DNA of 63,928 nt, counting the filler, from Blastocystis sp. subtype 4 (Eukaryota): assembly GCF_000743755.1 (NCBI RefSeq). It is 3 parts of 3 records of this genome, joined end to end, with 100 filler letters (N's around TTAATTAATTAA, not from the genome) between each part and the next. Parts side by side here need not be neighbours in the genome. Positions count along the whole stretch, not along the records: positions 1 to 21,232 come from NW_014569358.1; positions 21,333 to 47,326 come from NW_014569357.1; 1 more part is not named here. One strand, given 5' to 3'. The notes under the pieces were generated by a model. That model was not told the DNA's origin. It saw nothing but the letters and a program-made list of their open reading frames with translations, and ran no database searches. Both the position numbers and the translations under genes were made by a program. Below, one piece after another: positions 12,408-24,799 of the stretch (position 1 is the first letter of the stretch; the number at the start of each line of letters is the position of its first letter).

Positions 12408-13311
12408 ATGTCTGTTGCATTAGAAGATTTTTGTCTTATTGTTGCCATTGCTGATGCTGAATTCAATCAGACTCCAAATGTTGAAGGGGAGATGACGAGA
12501 ATTCTGACTCAATTGAAGAAGAACGAAGAGGCACTGAAGCGGATTAATCAAACAATCCTCGTCTCGGCAATCTATTCGTCGCAGCAAAAGGAGATTAAAG
12601 AACAGTGCAAAGAATTAGTTCGTAATGGAATGTTAAATGAATGAGGAACAGAAATGTACCACCAGTCGATGAAGAATCATGTTCGGATGGAGCGCATCAG
12701 TGAGCATCCAGCAGTTGACAATTCCGATCCAGCAGCTATTCAGCACCTCCTCCAACTGTATCAAGAAATTGGAACCCATTTTAATGAAACGAGAGAAATT
12801 ATCCACACTCTTTGTGAACGGATCTGTGGGTTTATTTTACGTCCATCCTGCATTGAAACTGGGAAAAGTGATATCGAGTTGATAGATGTGAGAGATAGAG
12901 GTAGGAAACCCTGTGATCCAATATAGTGGTCTACAACAACGCCTTTCTCAAGGTATTATTCATGGGAAATTAATCACAATAGTACTCCTTCAGTTAATTC
13001 GAGAAGAAACGGAACGAGAAAACCAAACGACAGATCGAAACGATCTTTGGGTACTTATATGGCAGATAACGATTGAAGCAATCATTCTGTATTCCAATTT
13101 GCCTCAAGAAGCTCCTCAGAATGAAGCTCACTTAATCACAGTACTACAGCAATCGATTCAACAGCTTAAACGATCCTATCCATCTCAGTTTGATCGTATC
13201 ATTGAAGAGGAAGGATTCGTTGCTGCGTTGCGTGACCTTGTATACAAGTATGATACTAGGGATGCATTTATCAAAACAAAACTAACAATCGTTCTGCGGA
13301 TGGTGGAATAG
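12408..13311 (+). CDS. Hypothetical helical/coiled-coil protein (about 3 exons; start uncertain)
   Basis: Consecutive same-strand ORFs separated by short introns; TGTTTGTT at 13314. Confidence 0.5.
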
Positions 13312-13612
13312 GCTGTTTGTTGAAACGGTATGAAATGAAACAAAAGTTAGGCCTTCGCGAATAGAAGCGTAATATTCATCTTATTGAATCATGACATCAA
13401 ACTGGTAGAAGCAGAATACAAAAGCAGTTCATCTCACTATCATTACATGAATCTCTTACCCAACAGCATAATCCCAAAATAGACATTTCAGTACTGAGTT
13501 TCACATATAATAACTGATTCTACTAGTTTCTATTCTTTATCACTCTTTATTCCCGTGGGAGATCGATTGGGACCGAAATCCGGTTGTGTGCGAAGAATGG
13601 TTAGAATTGCCT

Positions 13613-14825
13613 ATGTTATATGTTGTAATCCGTTTGCTATTTTGGATCCCTGCAGTTGCGTTGCTTTTGCACTCGGATAAAGACTACTACGCATATCACA
13701 CAAAAGCAACATTTGGGCTTCAATATGGGAATCAGTGTACATCGTTCTTTTGTCTACATAATGGATAGCATTTACAGGTATTGCGGTACCAGTTGAACCA
13801 TTGTATGCATGTGGAGATATCACAAGTAACCTCACAAATGCAGTTGCAATTATCATCAAGAATATAACGAATGAGGAATGTCATGTAGCAAAACAAGTGG
13901 ATAATGTATGTATTTTGGTTGTCATTGACAATAGGTTGAGCAATTGGGAGCAATCGGAGTTGTTGTGATGAATGCTGCTACTTATTCTCTCTATGATGAC
14001 TATTATGAGGTTGATGATCCAAAAAGCAACGAATTTAATGTATGAACGTTTGAATGAATTGATTCTAGATTTCTATTCCAGTTGTTGGAACTACTTATAG
14101 TATTGGCCTTCAGATTATCGAGAAGGTCAAACAGAACTCTTCGGCACTGATAACAATCAGTAGCGAATATGAGTGTATGAGTCTTAAAGTGTTGCAATGT
14201 AGATGTCTCAATGTCCTTCTGGCAGATGGTTTTAATGTTTATTGTGGTACAAATTAGCAGTAATATCTGATTTTTAGCTGATAGCTCTTTTATGGGGCAG
14301 CTATTGGTTGATGATTCTACTTTCGCGCGCATCGGAATATGTGAAGAAGTATCGTCGTTCTCACTATGTTAAGCAAATCAAAAGCACGAAATTCAAGCAG
14401 TAGGAACTGATGAGGGAGTTAAGGGTAGAAAGAATGCGGATATTGAGAATCGACCCATATGTTCTGTCTGTCTCTCAGAGTTTGAGAACGGTGAAATGAT
14501 CAAGACGCTTCGTTGTGGTCATACTTTCCATACAGAGTGTATCGACCCCTGGCTAATCAATGAGCGTGCTCTCTGTCCTGTGTGTCGTCAAGGCATTTAT
14601 CAAGTGGAAGATTGGGTAGGTGTGATGATAAGAATGAAGTGAAGAATCTTCTAGAAGAGAGTCAGAGTCGCGATATTGATATCCTACTAACACGAATTGG
14701 TAAGAGAAAATGGGTTAGAATAACGAGTAGAGAGAAATAGTTCGTGGACACTGGATAACATATTTCGTTGTATCCTCTGTGTAGCAATTGTTTTATCTCC
14801 ATTTATCACCATATCTTCTGCTTAA
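13613..14825 (+). CDS. PA-TM-RING E3 ubiquitin ligase (RNF13/RMR-like; absent from the ORF track)
   Basis: Signal-like MLYVVIRLLFWIPAVA, PA-domain-like PLYACGDI...VEQLGAIGVVVMN, a TM segment, and RING-H2 CSVCLSEFENGEMIKTLRCGHTFHTECIDPWLINERALCPVCR (~14460-14590). 3' end approximate. Confidence 0.8.
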
Positions 14826-15035
14826 TTTTGACTTATTCGATTGGTATCGGTTCATTGCTGATTCACCAATCCGTCACTCAATTATCTTACTACATTCTAT
14901 TCACGATTACATTTGCATTTCCTTGGTTTTTTTGTACACTAGTCGTTTTATGATTGTGTTTCTTGAATCATGTGTTTGAGCATAACAGTTTAGTTTTCAT
15001 TCCATGAATTCTTATGGAGAACCATGCAATATTTT

Positions 15036-17337
15036 ATGAAGATGGATTTACCACATGGTATTCATATGTCTGAGACAGAATTAGAGTTTGATGGAAAGAT
15101 ATACAGAAGGTGAGATGTGATGAGGCATTGACACCCAGATACTCTTCAGTCCAATCAACAGAAGAATCCTATTTTGACTTTTCTATGCAGTGGAAGGACG
15201 AAGTTGTCCTAGATGATGGGGATCATTGACAGATCGACATAGCGTATCACGACTATCAGGCACTGGATGCAAAAGAGAAGGATTATCTAATTCAAATCAA
15301 GGGGATGTAAGGTCAGTCGTACTCATTGAGATGAAGAGAACAACGGTCTTCAGGTGTTCGAATCATCACAGAACCATGTAGAGAAGTCGATGTTATGGAT
15401 TTTGTGTTTGATGATCCTGATGTGATTGCAATGACAATTCTCGTAGGTTTGGGTGCATGGGTTGATTCTAGCAGTTTATGCGTTCTCTCTTGGTTTTAGT
15501 AGCATCAGGAATTCTATCCAGCCATTTTGAACTGTCTCGGCTCTTTTGGGTTATTCGCGGAGATGAAATGTTCCTCCGTGTTCTTCCTGTCATTCCGTCA
15601 ACAAATCCAATTATTCCACCTGATGAACGCTTATGGAACTGGCAACCTAGTGAGAGTGATGGCGTGTATGTTGCTGGAGTGATTCTCAAACGCTTTGTAA
15701 AGGTCCTTTTAGCGCTGCTTGAGAAAACAAGTGTGTATCCTGGTTTCTTGGATTTGACATTGACTTTGGCTTCCAATTATGTCCATTCTCTCTTTCCTGA
15801 AGCTGATTCCCTATTATGTTCCTATCAACATCCTGTACTGACTGGAGTTCTTAATATTGCTTATGCAATGACCTATCCGATTCCTGCAATTCGATTATCG
15901 TTGAATAAGACAATCCAGGTGATGAATTACCTACTACCACCTTCAATGAGGATGGACGAAGTTGAAGACCCCGAGAAGCCAGAAGTAGAATTTGATTCAA
16001 TCCAACCCTTTTTATCACCGTATAGAAGGTATCGAAGTGAGTTGGATATGGATGACGAATGGGAGCTATTGATAGGAAATCAGTTAGAGAAGTATCTTCA
16101 AGTGATCATCCCTCGGTTGCTGAGAGGTTATCGATGTGAAGAGAGAGTCACTCAAAAAACGGAACAAGAATCATTAGAAGAGGAGCGAGGAAAGAAAGTA
16201 TCACTAATCAAGATTGATAACGAAACGGAATCAATGACAGAAACATCGAGGTCAATCCTTCAGACTGATCAAACTAACCGTCTCATGCATCTTACTGGCA
16301 ACATCATTGCCATCATCACCTATAATGAATATGTTGTACGCTCAATGGAAACAGAACGAGAAGCAGATAAAGCTGCATATCCCATTCTTCAGTGGAATGT
16401 TGATGACATCCTCCAAGAATCCTTTTCAGAAAAGGATATTCAACAATTGATGGATATACTTAACTGGGTTTCCAAGAAAGAGGAAGCTCGCAAACAAGCC
16501 ATCATATCTATAGAGTGTTTAGTAGTTGTTGCAGATACCTTTTTGCATATTATCTCAACCAATTCATCTGATCAACGTCTTCTTGAGGTCTACGGATTCT
16601 TCACATCCATTCGAAGTCTTCCTAATCTTATTCCCTGTTTGTGGTCTATGCGAGAAGGAGAGATCCTTTCCATTTTTCAACAGTACAATTCCTATCCCTT
16701 ACTAAGTCAAATCGCTCAACTTATTTTTAATAAAGTCCCTAACAAGCTAACAACAAGTTTAATGAGTCAATTTATTCCTCCTCATCCTGTTGCAAGTGCT
16801 CTTCTTGACGATATACCCCTTCTCAAACTCATAATCAATCATCCAGCATGTTCACTTCTAGACTTAGAACAGATTATCGATCTCTATAGTTGGAATGGGA
16901 AGGATCTCACCATTTTCGCCCCTGTTTTGTTGAATCATGTTGAGGCAATTCATATTCGATATCAATTGGCAATTAGTAGTGTTGTGCACGAAGCAGCTTG
17001 TCTTGTACGACTTCTTTCGCTTCCTGGAGCCATGACACCCATGCTCAGTACGATTGCCTTCTACGAATCTCTTGCCCAGTTGGTCCAGGAATCGGTTCAC
17101 CAGAAAGAGCCTATAGGCGACTTATCCGAAGTGCTCTCGCAGAGTCTTGCTTTCTTCCAAAAGGAGCAGAAAAAGCATCCTGAACATCAGATCGTATTAG
17201 TAAGCATCGTAGTCATAGAGAAATGGATTGAGTGATAGAATCGTAGATTGAAGAATAGTATAAAGGACACCGTAACACGATATTTGCAGACACACAGTGA
17301 TGTGGAATCGGTAGAAATGTTAATGAGACTGTGTTGA
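15036..17337 (+). CDS. Hypothetical protein; possibly degenerate kinase-like N-terminus plus helical repeats
   Basis: 585-aa ORF with small upstream exons and a final exon ending LMRLC-TGA, followed by TGTTTGTT at 17340. Confidence 0.55.
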
Positions 17338-17380
17338 TATGTTTGTTACAGAATTCTTATCTTGCCTCCCTTTTTGGCAG

Positions 17381-20059
17381 ATGCGAATTGAATGTTTGTA
17401 CACAACTCGGAAGACACAAAAGAACAAACGATGGCAAGATGGAATCCTGCAACTGAGTTCCGTATCTAAATTTTGCCTTATTGAATTGTAGAACATGAAG
17501 TCATTCCAACTGTTGAGTCAGGAGGATGAAATGTTGACTTCGGGATCATTACGAAAAGAGATCTTTCAATGTATTGAGGAAAATGAAGAAAGTTATGAAT
17601 TTGAAAACCGGGAGTATTTGATTATGGTTGAAAGGGAAAGTCTTTCAATGCCGGATAAAACTTCTCCAAATATTCAAAATAGAGTTACCAATCCCAGTGA
17701 ATTAATTCAACCACGAGGAAGGAAAGAAATGGATGAAGTGGACTTAATGAGCCTTGTTCAACCAAAGAAACTCAATAGAGACATTCAAATGAATGATGTT
17801 GATAGTTTATTGGAATGTATGGCCTTTAAGAAGGTTGCGCTAGATACTTCGTTGGAAACCAAGAATACTATGGATTCGATTCGTTCCAATAATTCTGTAT
17901 TGCACAACCTTTCTCTACGATCCAACAAGTCGTTAGAGAGAGAACAAACGCAATCATCCTTATCTGATTCTGTACTCGTTGCTGGAATATCAAAAGATTT
18001 CTCTCCTTCTATCCCTTTTCAGGGTTTATCTTCTGGAGGCTCCTCGTCTTCAAACCATTTGTTATCTCTAAATCCTTCTGTCCGTTCTCTGTGTACCACG
18101 CTTCCAACTTTCGAAGATATTCAATCAAAGAATCTTTCCTTTTTCACCCAGAGTCTTTCTCTCCAGTCTTTCTCTTCAGTTCAACAGTACGAAGCCTATC
18201 AGACAGCAGCAATGAATTCACTCATTCGTCACACCATCTATCAGGCATTAGCGCAGTGATCGTTACAATCACATGACGAATGTAGATTATACCAACATAG
18301 CAAGATAAAGAATCTCAATACCAGTATTCCGAAATCCGTATCATTTCCCAAAATGATAGGCATTTCCATCTGGGAGGATTGTACCTTGCGCATCAAGAAC
18401 GAAGGAAACAAGACTTCATCTCGATATTATCTTATTGTACCAGGTCTTAGTAGAAGAAAGGATGAAGGTGATGAGAGTTTCTTCAACCACCTTCTCATTG
18501 TAACTGGTTCTACACCCTCCTTCCTTCAAGTCCTATGGCATGGCTGTACTTCGTCTGACCTCATCGAAGTGAAACCTTGGAGTATAGATACGATGAAATC
18601 CCAGACATTGACAATAAGGTCATTTGAGAAGCGGACGTTGATTGACGTAGGGTCAATTGACATGGAAATTCGGTGTCTTGAAGCCCTCCCTCAACTCCAG
18701 CATCATCATCTAGCTTCTGCTCTTCTTCAACCAGTCTCGTTCACTCGATATCAATATCCATTCGCATCTGTTGTTCTAATGACAGCTCGAGAACGACTTC
18801 AGTCACTATTCGCTTTCAATGAAGACCAACAGAGTGTAGTAGATTCTGTTCTTCATTTCTTTGATGAGGCACAATCTTCAGCGCCTCTGCAGCTTATTCA
18901 AGGTGTCTTTGGAAGTGGAAAAAGTCTTCTCATCGCTTCCCTTCTTATTCTTATTCATTCATTGCAGCAGGCACGACGAGTTGTATTGGAAGGTGATGAA
19001 ACACCTGATCTACTTGGTCTTTCAGAGGACTCTGTGGTTGTAGAATCTTTACGTTTGCAGGAACTTCCTATTCCTTCCCTCTCAGTGCTCTTTTGCTCTC
19101 ATACAAATGTGGCTGTAGATCGAGTGTGTCTATTACTTCAGCAGTATGGATTGAGGCAGTTTCGTCGTGCAGGTAACTTGCGACGTATTCATCCAGCCAT
19201 TCGTCCGATGTACAATATGCAAGAAACCACGATTGTATGTTCGACAATTTGTGGGTTGCCTACTGATGGTACTCACACAGTTGTAATTGTAGACGAAGCT
19301 TCTCAAGTTTACGAGCATTACGCTCTTCTTCCCGTCCTAGTAGCGAATCCACAGCTACTATTGCTTGTTGGAGATCCCAATCAGTTACCACCTGTTCCTA
19401 TAGGTTCGTTTGAGGTGTGAATATTACTAATAGAACATATACCTCAACTCTCCCAGTCCCTTTTTCAACGTCTTCTTCCTATCTACTCTGTTCAGCTCCT
19501 TCGCACTCAGTACCGTTGTCATCCTTCAATCGCTGACCTGGCTTCCAAGCTATTCTATGACTCTCGTCTCCTCAATGCATCTGTCACAGCTTCGCGACCC
19601 AAACCACTTCCCAACTATCCACGGATTCTCTTCATTGATATAACCTCTCCGGAAAGGGCTCAAGGAGGTAGAAATTAGTTTGCATGTGAAGAGATAGATT
19701 CGTTTGTGAATCCGAGTGAAGTGACTGTCATCCAGCGTCTAGTGAATGAGGTGACATCTACTAATATCTCCATTGGAGTGATCTCATTATATTTGGCACA
19801 GTGTCATATGCTGACTCGCTGCATCAACAACCCTCAAGTACAAATATCAACGGTGGATGCTTTTCAAGGAAGTGAGAAGGATATAATAATTCTTTCCACC
19901 GTTCGATCACGATCTATTGGGTTTACAGCAGACCCAAAACGATTAAATGTAGCAATAACGCGTGCGCGGGGTCAATTGTTGATCTTAGGAAACCGATTGT
20001 TACTAGAATCTAATTCATTATGGAAGCAAGTACTAAGGTATGTAGATGAACAAATGTGA
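17381..20059 (+). CDS. ZGRF1: ZGRF1-like SF1 (UPF1/DNA2-type) helicase with N-terminal DUF2439-like domain
   Basis: First exon MRIECLYTTRKTQKNKRWQDGILQL (DUF2439-like). Helicase motifs LIQGVFGSGKS, SHTNVAVDRV, VDEASQ, VGDPNQLPP, TVDAFQGSEKD, RLNVAITRAR. Confidence 0.8.
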
Positions 20060-20294
20060 TATGTTTGTTAGTAATGATAGAACTATCCTCTGGAATAGTC
20101 ATTCAGATAATAACTAGATAAGAATAGGTGAAAAAAGCTAAACAACAAGAAACACAGGGGACACAAGAGGACTAATCTACTTCCAACTATTCACCCAACA
20201 TTTCATGAATCGAATTATCACATCTTATACATTAATGTGAACAAAGTAAAACAAACTTTCTAACACTAAAGACAGTGCAGTAAACAGGGTGACG

Positions 20295-20474
20295 AACAAC
20301 CGCTAAATCTGTGACAAAAATATGGTATAATTTTGGTGTTCATATAACTGAATAGAAATACTGGAGATTGTTGTTAAGTAATGTGTCAATAATACCATGA
20401 TTGTATTCAGTTATATATGCACGAATTTAATTGGTGCTTGTTATGGGGTAACAAATAGATTTAGCAGGATTGTT
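20295..20474. repeat. Long imperfect inverted repeat (foldback)
   Basis: Nested arms share one centre (~20380): GCTAAATCT 20302-20310 / AGATTTAGC 20457-20465; ATATAACTGAATA 20342-20354 / TATTCAGTTATAT 20404-20416; ATTGTTG/CAATAAT near the loop. Confidence 0.7.
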
Positions 20475-20633
20475 TTAAGGGTATCGATAAATGAGCATGG
20501 GTGTCGAGTCTAAAACCTTTTGAGAAATGAAGTGAATTGGAGAATTTGGAGTTTAACACGTTAAACAAGTTGCTCCGCAACTATTCAACATATTCTTGTT
20601 ATTAGGGATTAGTATAATCGATTACATATTGAT

Positions 20634-20761
20634 TGGAGTAGGTTTCAGGAGTAGGTTCAAAAATACAATCTACTCCATATTCCTTTAGAATAGCCCATAA
20701 ATTAGCTTGATTATGAGGATTATTTGATGTTGGAGTAGGTTGTATTTTGAACCTACTCCAA
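20634..20761. repeat. Two mutually inverted ~30-bp hairpin units built on GGAGTAGGTT
   Basis: 20730-20761 is TTGGAGTAGGTT-gtattttg-AACCTACTCCAA (perfect 12-bp stem). 20648-20677 is a near-identical inverted copy. A third GGAGTAGGTT lies at 20635. Confidence 0.85.
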
Positions 20762-20834
20762 AACTATTCCTCACTCAAAGTGAATAATCATCTTAACAAC
20801 AGCTTATCCTTCAGATAAAGCTTGATCAAAATGA

Positions 20835-21230
20835 TCAAACCTTCCCATTAACGCTTAATCTTATGTTGATGTAGATGTCTGAAGCGATTGATACTACTTC
20901 ACCATGACGATCACGCACATCAAACTGAACCGAACGCAAATCACTCATACGAACTCCTGGCATGTTCAAATGACTAAACGAACACACATTGTTCAATCCT
21001 ATTGTTGAATAGATCATACAATCCACTAATGGACTTGTTTCAAATGATATCATCTGCTTTACCAGATTACTGTAGATTCGAATACAATTCAATCCATTTG
21101 ATACATCCATTGGTTCTCTTCCTTTCACACCATTTGCCTGAATCTCATCAAATCCCAATATTCGACTCAAATCAGGTGCTTGTTGAAACACTAGATCATA
21201 AGCAGGACCAGAAGGATGTGGATATCCATC
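20835..21230 (-). CDS. C-terminal part of a putative Polinton/virophage-like minor capsid (penton) protein, 5'-truncated by the gap
   Basis: Intronless frame open up to the gap. Pattern ILGF...PMDVSNGLNCIRIYSNLV...LRSVQFDVRDRHGEVV...IYINIRL resembles the Polinton/PLV penton C-terminus (recognised by eye only). Confidence 0.55.
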   Translation of the reverse strand, partial: DGYPHPSGPAYDLVFQQAPDLSRILGFDEIQANGVKGREPMDVSNGLNCIRIYSNLVKQMISFETSPLVDCMIYSTIGLNNVCSFSHLNMPGVRMSDLRSVQFDVRDRHGEVVSIASDIYINIRLSVNGKV

Positions 21231-21232
21231 TT

Positions 21233-21332
21233 NNNNNNNNNNNNNNNNNNNNNNNNNNNNNNNNNNNNNNNNNNNNTTAATTAATTAANNNNNNNNNNNN
21301 NNNNNNNNNNNNNNNNNNNNNNNNNNNNNNNN
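21233..21332. other. Artificial contig-join spacer (N44-TTAATTAATTAA-N44)
   Basis: Exactly 100 bp with a six-frame stop linker; the same structure recurs at 47327-47426. Confidence 0.95.
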
Positions 21333-22110
<778 letters not shown>

Positions 22111-22540
22111 CCTATTTAACTTGTATACTTGAAACAGTTGCTTTTGGAACTAAAACGGGGTTTTGGTTTCAAAGGAGATTGACCATTGATCGAAGACTCT
22201 TTGGCGTTGTAACATGCATACAGAATAGAATCAACGTAATAACATGATTAGGAGAGTTTGAGAAGAAAACGAAAGATCCTTATGGAATTGCTTTCTTTGA
22301 TATTTATCTGATTATTGTAGTGTAAAGATTCAACAATAGAGTGTATCAAAGTCAAATGAGGAGAGTAAACAGAATGAGGAATTCCCGTGGAACTCTTCTT
22401 TCTGTGTTATCTTTCCAACCAAACATCATGGAGACATTTCATTATTTGGATAAGATGTAGACATATCAATTAGAAAAATGGAAAGAGTAACAAGGAAAAT
22501 GATTCAAGTTTAATCATAACAAGAAACCCATACAAACAAA

Positions 22541-23050
22541 TCAAGCAGACTGTGCCTTACTTGAGAAGTGAGGAATATAATAATCTGGTATCTACGCATC
22601 GGAACAAATAACGACACATACAGGAATCTCAATGACACATCCACAAGTACACTGGAAGTGAGTACAGCCAATAGTATACAACTAGGAGATGAAAAGAAAC
22701 AATGATCCCTACAATCGATGCCTTACAGTTTGGGCATAATAACAATGCTATACATGATTCTAACTAATCGAAAGCACCTTTCTTCGGGACAACAGGAATT
22801 GATTCAGGAGCCATATAGTTCACAGCACCACAATGAACACAGCCAACACGTGTAAAACCAAGCGGAAACAAAATATTACCCTAGAACGTAAAAGTGTATA
22901 TGCATCTTAACTCGACACCCACCACATACTGCCAAAAACCCTTCTGCCGCCATTAAGGTCTTCGGTGCAACGTCAGCACTGTTGACATGCTCAATGGGTG
23001 CGGAAGATAGATCCGAAACAGCTTTTTCGTCATTCTTAAATGGTAGTGCG
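22541..23050 (-). CDS. Small LSD1-type (plant lesion-simulating-disease C4) zinc-finger protein, multi-exon; start uncertain
   Basis: Spliced translation CGGCR|GNILFPLGFTRVGCVHC and LCPNCKASI|LYTIGCTHFQCTC fit the CxxCRxxLxYxxGAxxVxCxxC pattern. Ends KAQSA-TGA with TGTTTGTA downstream. Confidence 0.55.
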
Positions 23051-23345
23051 TTGTCTATATCACACGGGATATGCGAAAATACCATTAAATAAGGAAACAC
23101 CCTGATCACTAGGATTCTCAGAAGATCCGAAAGTATTCTCATGCAATGAAATAGTATCTCCTTCTACTACTTAACGGAACAAGAATAACACAAGTACGAG
23201 AATCAACTTTTATTGATGTTGAACTTGGATGTTCAAATTCCTGATCTTGAGGAGAGATGGCCTGCAGTAAGGGTTCTCTTTCAGGTTGCATCTTTTAGTG
23301 TTTTCTATCCTCCCCAAATACCTATCTATGGAAGATCTTGTGGAA

Positions 23346-23418
23346 GCCAAGATAGCTCAGTTGGGAGAGCGTATGACTGAAGATCATAAGGTCAGGTGTT
23401 CGATCCACCTTCTCGGCG
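23346..23418 (+). tRNA. tRNA-Phe(GAA)
   Basis: GCCAAGA TAGCTCAGTTGGGAGAGC G TATGA-CTGAAGA-TCATA AGGTC AGGTG-TTCGATC-CACCT TCTCGGC G: 73-nt cloverleaf with A/B boxes and a T6 Pol III terminator at 23422-23427. Confidence 0.93.
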
Positions 23419-23446
23419 TTCTTTTTTCCACAAACATTAACAAATC

Positions 23447-24680
23447 TCAATTAGTTCTCTTTCTTGATGGACACGATTTACCACCTTCATATCCATCTCC
23501 TCAAACTGGAATAAAAGCAATACTGTATCTATCACATCAAGAGAAGCAAATGACAGAGTCAGCCACTGCCAAACACGCCCCCAAGCAAGAGCTTGATTCA
23601 TTTGTTGGGAGAGATAATAGGATACAATGATTAGGACACCAGAAAGAGTTATCTCGACTGTAGCAATGAGATGATAAGGAATCGTAGAGACGTGAATCTG
23701 AACTGTTTCTACTCGTGCATGAGAATAGTGAATAAACCCTTTTCTCTATATGTGAAATATTGTATCGATTCAAACACGCAGACGATGAATTGTGAGATAT
23801 AAAAGATGAAGAAGAATAGAAATACAAAAGAGGAAGAGAGATGGGAGAACAGCAAGTAGTGGAGGGATGAAAAGGTGACAGCATTGGGCAAGCGTTATAA
23901 TAAGGACTTGGGGGCCGAGACATCCAGAGATCAACGTCCATAGTGTTTCTTGAATAAAGAGAGAGATTCGCTGACTCGAAAGAACAAGATCTGGTCCTCT
24001 GATACGACGTCCTATCAGATAGAGAAAGATGAGGATTCGGGAGAGGGAGTAGAGGAAGAGAATGGAAATAACAACACATAAAATCGATAAGAGGAGAGGA
24101 AGACGAATGGTAACACGAGGAATCGATTGACCAAGAACTGTTAGTAGGAGGCATGAAAGTGAGAGAAATGAACAACGAAGATTTCGGTAATAAACGGAAA
24201 GAATCGAAGCCACCAAAAAGGCAAGATCAAGATTCATGAAGGAGAGGATCCATATTGTCCAATGAGTTCTGATAGAACATACAAATAACCCCATGAAACC
24301 CATAGTAAGACTATTCCTCACAATGAGCTAATCAGTGTTACAATGGAAGTATCGAATTAACTACAACATAATGATGAATTACTCCCTTTCTTGATAGAGG
24401 TAATGGCCAGATGTACTCAACAGAACAATAATCAATAAGAAGAAGAAATCGATTCCACACAGAATAGAACGCTACATGTGGCAATTGCTACGAATTATCA
24501 ACCAATCCAACAGTCACCATAATCTGGAAAGGGATATTGATTAATCCCAAAATGTTAAATACAAAGACCAATGGAATACAAGAATGTATTCCTTATTAGA
24601 AGTGATTCATTGCATGAATGATTCCAGAAAACAACAGTTTGTTACATAACGAATTAGATCAGATTGAACTACAAATCCAT
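23447..24680 (-). CDS. Multi-pass membrane protein; weak resemblance to dolichol kinase/CTP-transferase C-terminus
   Basis: Hydrophobic exons (ORF 23770-24321). SRDNSFWCPNHCILL and GACLAVADSV only loosely echo dolichol-kinase motifs. TGTTTGTG element at 23429-23436 (minus). Confidence 0.4.
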
Positions 24681-24799
24681 CTCCAAATCATTCATGGATT
24701 TCCTGTTTTCATAAGAAATCGGAAGTCCAGGTCTTTTTAGGAATCGAGAATATCAAATCGATTTTCTTCCTTTTCGTATCTCTCCAAAAACGAACTAGA

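Noticed and set aside
13330..13490. Possible tiny minus-strand gene between the coiled-coil and PA-RING genes
   Set aside because: An ATG and a donor-like site exist, but there is no convincing product or exact poly(A) element.
20634..20761. CRISPR-like array
   Set aside because: Only two ~30-bp units, in inverted orientation, with no regular spacers or cas genes; eukaryotic context.
21277..21288. TTAATTAATTAA palindrome (also 47371-47382) as a biological motif
   Set aside because: Centred in identical 100-bp N spacers; a six-frame stop linker added during assembly.
23286..23630. 114-aa plus-strand ORF
   Set aside because: Runs across the tRNA-Phe and antisense to another gene; spurious.
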